From an uncultured virus (IMG/VR IMGVR_UViG_3300035698_023758) (lineage: Duplodnaviria > Heunggongvirae > Uroviricota > Caudoviricetes): a stretch of 64,000 bases of DNA. Location: the IMG/VR virus record IMGVR_UViG_3300035698_023758; one strand, 5' to 3'. Within the stretch, counting starts at the first letter, position 1. Each line of letters begins with the position of its first letter. Positions 59,517 to 64,000 of the stretch are shown here, piece by piece. Both the position numbers and the translations under genes were made by a program. The notes under the pieces were generated by a model. That model ran no database searches and was not told where the DNA came from. It saw only the letters and a program-made list of their open reading frames with translations.

Positions 59517-61244
59517 ATGAAAATATCATTGACTATATTATTTATAATGCTTTGTGCAACATGTAACGCACAAAAACCGGATTTCAATTTAGTCACCGGG
59601 CAAGAAATAAATAATAACTCCAATACAGTAACAGGAGTGCCAACACCAGCCGACGCTGTTGCCCTAGCTGTGGCAGATCTGGGTAAAATGACCCAAGATA
59701 TAAGACCATTCCAAAGATACATTTGGATACCAGAACCATCAAAAGCCAAAATAGGGGCAATATCCTACACATTAAATTTAGCATGCTCAAGAGCATCAAC
59801 AATAATAAAACCAGCCATACTCGGCAATGGCCAATTAATAAGATGTGACCTACGATCACTCGCTCCAAGAGACGGCCAATTAAATGAAATGATCAAATTA
59901 TGGGAAAGTTTCCAATTTGAGCCATACTTTCATATTACAAAATCATCAAATAGCATATTACCAGTAAACGCCGTTACAGTGGAACCAGTGTTGGGAGATC
60001 CGGTAGGATCAATACGATTTAATATCGATGACCAGCAATGGATGAAGACTCTTGACAACACATTCTTAGTGTGGGACGGTAATGACTGGATTATCACGCA
60101 AGCACCAATCCAATTTTCAAAATCACAAGTGTCAACGTATGGTGCACATTGTGGATTAGAACAATCTGTTATACTACAAAGTTTGACACAATCAAATGCC
60201 GCAATAGTGAGATATGATTATTTCTTGACTAAAGCATTAAGCACAACTAACGGTGGAATGTATTATGACTTTGTTGGGATAAAGTCAAATCCATCCGGTA
60301 AGTCAGCTCAATCAGCATTTTTAGAATCACTTGGTGCTAATGAGAAATTAGTGGAATCACTGCGGTCAGACCAAAGAGCAGCAATGTTTAGATCAAACGT
60401 GACCGGCAAACCAAGAAGAATCGATGCATTTTATGGTGTTGGGGTAAGACCAAGCAGCGGTACTGGTCTTATTACAATAACATATGATTTAAGTGATGAA
60501 AATGTTGACCCACGATCTGACCCAATACGAAACTTGTTGGATTTCAAAGACAATGCTAGGGAAGTTATTGCTGAAAGATCAAATGGATTGCATGTATTCG
60601 CATTATTTGATAATAATGGTGGGTTACAAGATGTTGCCCCGGATAATATTGTAAAAGATCATACCGTTCCTGCTCCTCATACTGCTAGATTACAACCGGC
60701 TATTAGTTGTATTCGGTGTCATGCGGCTAGTGAAGGATTTCAGCCATTTGAAAATGATGTCCAAAAGATGCTTTCTGGATTATTAGATGTTTTTGGGGAT
60801 CTTGATAGTAAGTCTTCTGTTCCAGATACATTAGATAGATTAGCTGGGTTATATGCTGGTGATCTTAGCAAACCACTTAGAAGGGCTAGGGATGATTATA
60901 ATTCTGCGATATTTAGGGCAACTGATGGGATGGGTGCTACTAGTGTTGGGAATATGGTGGCTGATATTTATGGTAATTATAACTATAATTTAATTGATGC
61001 TTACACTGCATGTTTAGAGCTTGGTTATGATGTTCCGGAAAAACAGGCACATCAGTACCTTAATCAATTGGTTCCACCATTAAACAGGGATTCTATTGGA
61101 ATTAGCCCTGAAGATCCTATTATTGGTGCTTTAAAGGCTGGTTTAAAAGTTAATAGATATCAGTTTGAACAGGTATATGCTGATCTTGCATTTAGAGCAC
61201 TTCAAACACGTAAAGAACAAAATAAACAATCCACACAAAAATAA
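59517..61244 (+). CDS. secreted planctomycete-type c-type haem protein
   Basis: signal peptide; REVI..SNGLHVFALFDNNG and SCIRCH (CxxCH). Confidence 0.7.
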   Translation: MKISLTILFIMLCATCNAQKPDFNLVTGQEINNNSNTVTGVPTPADAVALAVADLGKMTQDIRPFQRYIWIPEPSKAKIGAISYTLNLACSRASTIIKPAILGNGQLIRCDLRSLAPRDGQLNEMIKLWESFQFEPYFHITKSSNSILPVNAVTVEPVLGDPVGSIRFNIDDQQWMKTLDNTFLVWDGNDWIITQAPIQFSKSQVSTYGAHCGLEQSVILQSLTQSNAAIVRYDYFLTKALSTTNGGMYYDFVGIKSNPSGKSAQSAFLESLGANEKLVESLRSDQRAAMFRSNVTGKPRRIDAFYGVGVRPSSGTGLITITYDLSDENVDPRSDPIRNLLDFKDNAREVIAERSNGLHVFALFDNNGGLQDVAPDNIVKDHTVPAPHTARLQPAISCIRCHAASEGFQPFENDVQKMLSGLLDVFGDLDSKSSVPDTLDRLAGLYAGDLSKPLRRARDDYNSAIFRATDGMGATSVGNMVADIYGNYNYNLIDAYTACLELGYDVPEKQAHQYLNQLVPPLNRDSIGISPEDPIIGALKAGLKVNRYQFEQVYADLAFRALQTRKEQNKQSTQK

Positions 61245-61287
61245 GACAGAAAGACCGTATTTCAAATCGAGATCGCGGAGAAAAATC

Positions 61288-62172
61288 ATGAAATCGATCG
61301 TAAAGTGTTGTTGCCGAATCTTAATCGTTAATCTGCCAATTGTTTTGGCAATAGCAATTATAACTTCTAGCAATTATGACAGTGCTACAGCGGGTAGAAG
61401 ATCAAGATGCTTCACTAGTTGTCAGCCCGTACAGCATGTACAGCATGTGCAACATGTCGCACAGCCCGTTATCCAAAGACAAGTAGAAACAAAAGTTGAA
61501 AATCAAACAACTGTTGTTAATAATCTTGTTGGGATTCCAGTTCCTGTAACATACAATGAGCCCATAACCGCTCAAGGTTCAACAGTTTATGGGTACTCAG
61601 CATTATCTGATTCCTACAGTAACATTGATCTAGGATTGCTTTATAACCAAGCGGCAAGACTTACTGATCAGGCACAACAATTAGCTGGTCAAGCCCACAT
61701 GGATTTTTCAGCAATTGTTCAATCTGAAGGTCAGAACAGAGCAGAAGTTGCTAAAATTCTTGCTCAGGGTCAAGCGGCAAGGGAAGCTTTATCAGCATCT
61801 CGTGGCAGTGAATTACAACCAATCACTAAATCATTTGCATTTAAGGTTAGCCAGGGTTCAAATGGCGAATTAAAAGTAGAAAAAATTGAAAAGACTTCTG
61901 GATCTGAACCAGAGAATTTTGATTTGGCTACTCCTGATATTAAAGATGTTTCACAACTTTTAAACAATAAGTGCGTTTCTTGTCATAATTCTAATAACGC
62001 TCAGGGTGGGTTAAACCTATTAGGTGAAATCTCTGAAGATCAGCAAGATTCAATATTAAAGCGTGTCACAACCGATAATCTTGACAAAAGAATGCCAAGA
62101 AATTCGGATGGTGCTGGACAAAAATTGTCCATAGACGAATTAAGTGTATTATTTCGAGCTATGGGGAAATAA
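61288..62172 (+). CDS. secreted protein with C-terminal planctomycete cytochrome c domain
   Basis: GGAG SD; signal/TM; LLNNKCVSCHNSNNAQGGLNL ... RMP..LS..E. Confidence 0.75.
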   Translation: MKSIVKCCCRILIVNLPIVLAIAIITSSNYDSATAGRRSRCFTSCQPVQHVQHVQHVAQPVIQRQVETKVENQTTVVNNLVGIPVPVTYNEPITAQGSTVYGYSALSDSYSNIDLGLLYNQAARLTDQAQQLAGQAHMDFSAIVQSEGQNRAEVAKILAQGQAAREALSASRGSELQPITKSFAFKVSQGSNGELKVEKIEKTSGSEPENFDLATPDIKDVSQLLNNKCVSCHNSNNAQGGLNLLGEISEDQQDSILKRVTTDNLDKRMPRNSDGAGQKLSIDELSVLFRAMGK

Positions 62173-62186
62173 TTAAGGAGATTAAA

Positions 62187-62582
62187 ATGAAATTGGTTAT
62201 GGTTGTGTTATTGGTTATGGTTGCGTTATTGGTTGCACCATTTGATGTGCAAGCACAGTGTGGTGGTCAGGCATTTATTCAACAGAATGTTGGTGGTCAG
62301 GCATTTATTCAACAGAATGTTGGTGGTTTACAATGTGTAAATGGTGTCTGCTTTCAGCAACAGCAGGTATTTGTTCAACCACAATCTGTTGGATTTTTTG
62401 CTGCTAGTCAGCCGTCTTTCATTTCGCGACAATTTGTGAGCCAACCAGTTGCTTTCAACAGGGCAGCTGTTGTTGTGCCTCGTGTTCAAAGAACAGTTAT
62501 TAGGAATAATGGTCGTGTTCAGAGAGTTAGAACAGTTAACCGTGGTGTACGAAGAAGCCGACAGGCAATAATCATTCGTTAA
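62187..62582 (+). CDS. small secreted Q/V/R-rich protein
   Basis: AAGGAG SD, signal peptide, duplicated GGQAFIQQNV, CVNGVC. Confidence 0.7.
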   Translation: MKLVMVVLLVMVALLVAPFDVQAQCGGQAFIQQNVGGQAFIQQNVGGLQCVNGVCFQQQQVFVQPQSVGFFAASQPSFISRQFVSQPVAFNRAAVVVPRVQRTVIRNNGRVQRVRTVNRGVRRSRQAIIIR

Positions 62583-62601
62583 TTTAAAATGTTGAATATA
62601 T

Positions 62602-62635
62602 AAGAGCCCTATTAATTTTTGTTAATAGGGCTCTT
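62602..62635. terminator. terminator hairpin
   Basis: aagagccctattaa/ttaatagggctctt perfect 14-bp inverted repeat. Confidence 0.75.
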
Positions 62636-62768
62636 GTTGTATTTAAGACGGGCCACTTTCTTTGTTTTTCCTTAAATTCCCTATCCGATGAAACTTCTTA
62701 TAAGGATAGAACCAGATTATGTCAAGGGAAGGGAAAGAAAGTGCATTCCTTGATGATAGAAAGACAAT

Positions 62769-62966
62769 ATGAAGATAAGTGGCGTTTTTACAAAAGATGA
62801 AATAAAGTCAGCTTTAATTTTAGGAGCAAGAATTGAAAATGCCAAAGGCGGGCAAACAATCTTAAGATTTCAAAGTAAGAGCGTTTTCACCAGTTGGATA
62901 AAAGACCAAAAAGATTTATACCCAGAAAGATGGAAACATCTAATAAAAATAAAAACTGATGAATAA
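62769..62966 (+). CDS. hypothetical protein
   Basis: 65-aa ORF. Confidence 0.5.
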   Translation: MKISGVFTKDEIKSALILGARIENAKGGQTILRFQSKSVFTSWIKDQKDLYPERWKHLIKIKTDE

Positions 62967-62969
62967 TTG

Positions 62970-63383
62970 TTATTCGCGAACAATCGCAGATAAACTAGAA
63001 ATAGTAACCACACCACCAACTGAAAAATCGATATTATCAAAAGTAATATCCCCAGAACCACCCTTTTCAGTCACGTCGCCATCTATAACCGCTTCATCAT
63101 TTTTATTATATATTCTAAACCAACCAGCCCTACCAGAAGCAAGAACACTAGTTTCACTAGAAATTGGATTAGACGAAGCATTACCATTATTAAAAGATTT
63201 AAATGCTGGGTTTGAAAATTCTAAAACTGCGAGAACTATGCCAATGGCAGATGATTGTGGGGATGCCGGTTTAGCCCCTGTCCTAATCTCTATATAACCA
63301 TTTGCTTTAGATCCAACATCAATTAAATCAACAATGCAATCACCAGATTTATTTCTAGCTTCGGTATTTATTCTAATAGTCAT
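62970..63383 (-). CDS. probable virion structural protein
   Basis: IEIRTGAKPASP..LAVLEFSNPAF..GRAGWFRI..DGDV..GSGDI pattern typical of small tail-associated proteins. Confidence 0.6.
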   Translation of the reverse strand: MTIRINTEARNKSGDCIVDLIDVGSKANGYIEIRTGAKPASPQSSAIGIVLAVLEFSNPAFKSFNNGNASSNPISSETSVLASGRAGWFRIYNKNDEAVIDGDVTEKGGSGDITFDNIDFSVGGVVTISSLSAIVRE

Positions 63384-63637
63384 GTCGATGTCCGTTTCCA
63401 AGTTGCAGTTATAACACCAGATTCTTTTCTACTAATCACTTTTTTATATAAAACATTAGAAACAGCATTGTAATAATAATCACCCCTATGCGTATTTGGG
63501 TCTGGTTCAAAAGCTGTTGGCTCAACAATTTCAGCACCATCTAATTCAAGGAACCTGGCTGGATTATATCCACCAGTCTGTATCCCTCTTCTAACCGATA
63601 GGTCATCTAAAAATTCTTGAGGATTATGTCTAGTCAT
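63380..63637 (-). CDS. hypothetical protein
   Basis: AAGGA SD; GDYYYNAVSNVLYKK. Confidence 0.6.
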   Translation of the reverse strand: MTRHNPQEFLDDLSVRRGIQTGGYNPARFLELDGAEIVEPTAFEPDPNTHRGDYYYNAVSNVLYKKVISRKESGVITATWKRTST

Positions 63638-64000
63638 AAAAACATCCTTACTTTTATATTTACCAAGTGATATAATATATTTGAAAGTATTTTAACAACA
63701 AACCATAAATATTACACTAAAGGCTCAATATATGGGTAATGTAAAATTGATTTCAGCAGCATTTCTTAATTTAACGCGATAATAGAATCATGCAACATTC
63801 TTTCAATAAACAATATTTAAAATGAGAGAATCCATGAAAAGCTTATTATATCATCTACTTGTTATAGCATTTGTAGGATCTATCTCAATTTCTATCCCGC
63901 GTATTTATAATGTATTCATTGTTGAAGAATATTATAATATTACGATTGAAGAGAATTTAAAATATGGGATAAATATGGATAATATAAACATCGGTCCATT

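Noticed and set aside
62261..62326. 30-bp direct duplication
   Set aside because: In-frame coding duplication (GGQAFIQQNV x2) in a low-complexity secreted protein.

Overview
An AT-rich, densely coding 64-kb segment of a large (jumbo-type) tailed phage genome, read in genetic code 11. The host is probably a Planctomycetota bacterium, inferred from planctomycete-type cytochrome c genes near 59.5-62.6 kb. The first ~42 kb is mostly minus-strand early/accessory genes: more than 20 divergent copies of a small domain ending in an 'L-[SN]-[DN]-P' motif, an SF2 helicase, two DUF932-like paralogues, a GHKL ATPase, a ligase-like nucleotidyltransferase, two Pth2-type peptidyl-tRNA hydrolases and two tRNAs. 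A repeated TTAAC-N14/15-TGTAACA promoter-like motif precedes many of these genes. From 43 to 55 kb lie a NUDIX/Rrf2/adenosine-deaminase operon and a glycosylation/modification island (kdsB, glycosyl-, sulfo- and methyltransferases), followed by tail/baseplate-like genes. The most notable feature is a candidate UGA-readthrough module at 33.0-35.4 kb. It comprises a tRNA with a UCA anticodon, a structured leader RNA, a Pth2-like gene whose only strong start is interrupted by an in-frame UGA-CUA at codon 5, and a second UGA-CUA mini-ORF ending in an arrest-like ERAP-stop. There are also two candidate novel structured ncRNAs and an abrupt strand-skew inversion at ~380-680 (possible origin or terminus). 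All calls come from reading motifs by eye; no database searches were run.
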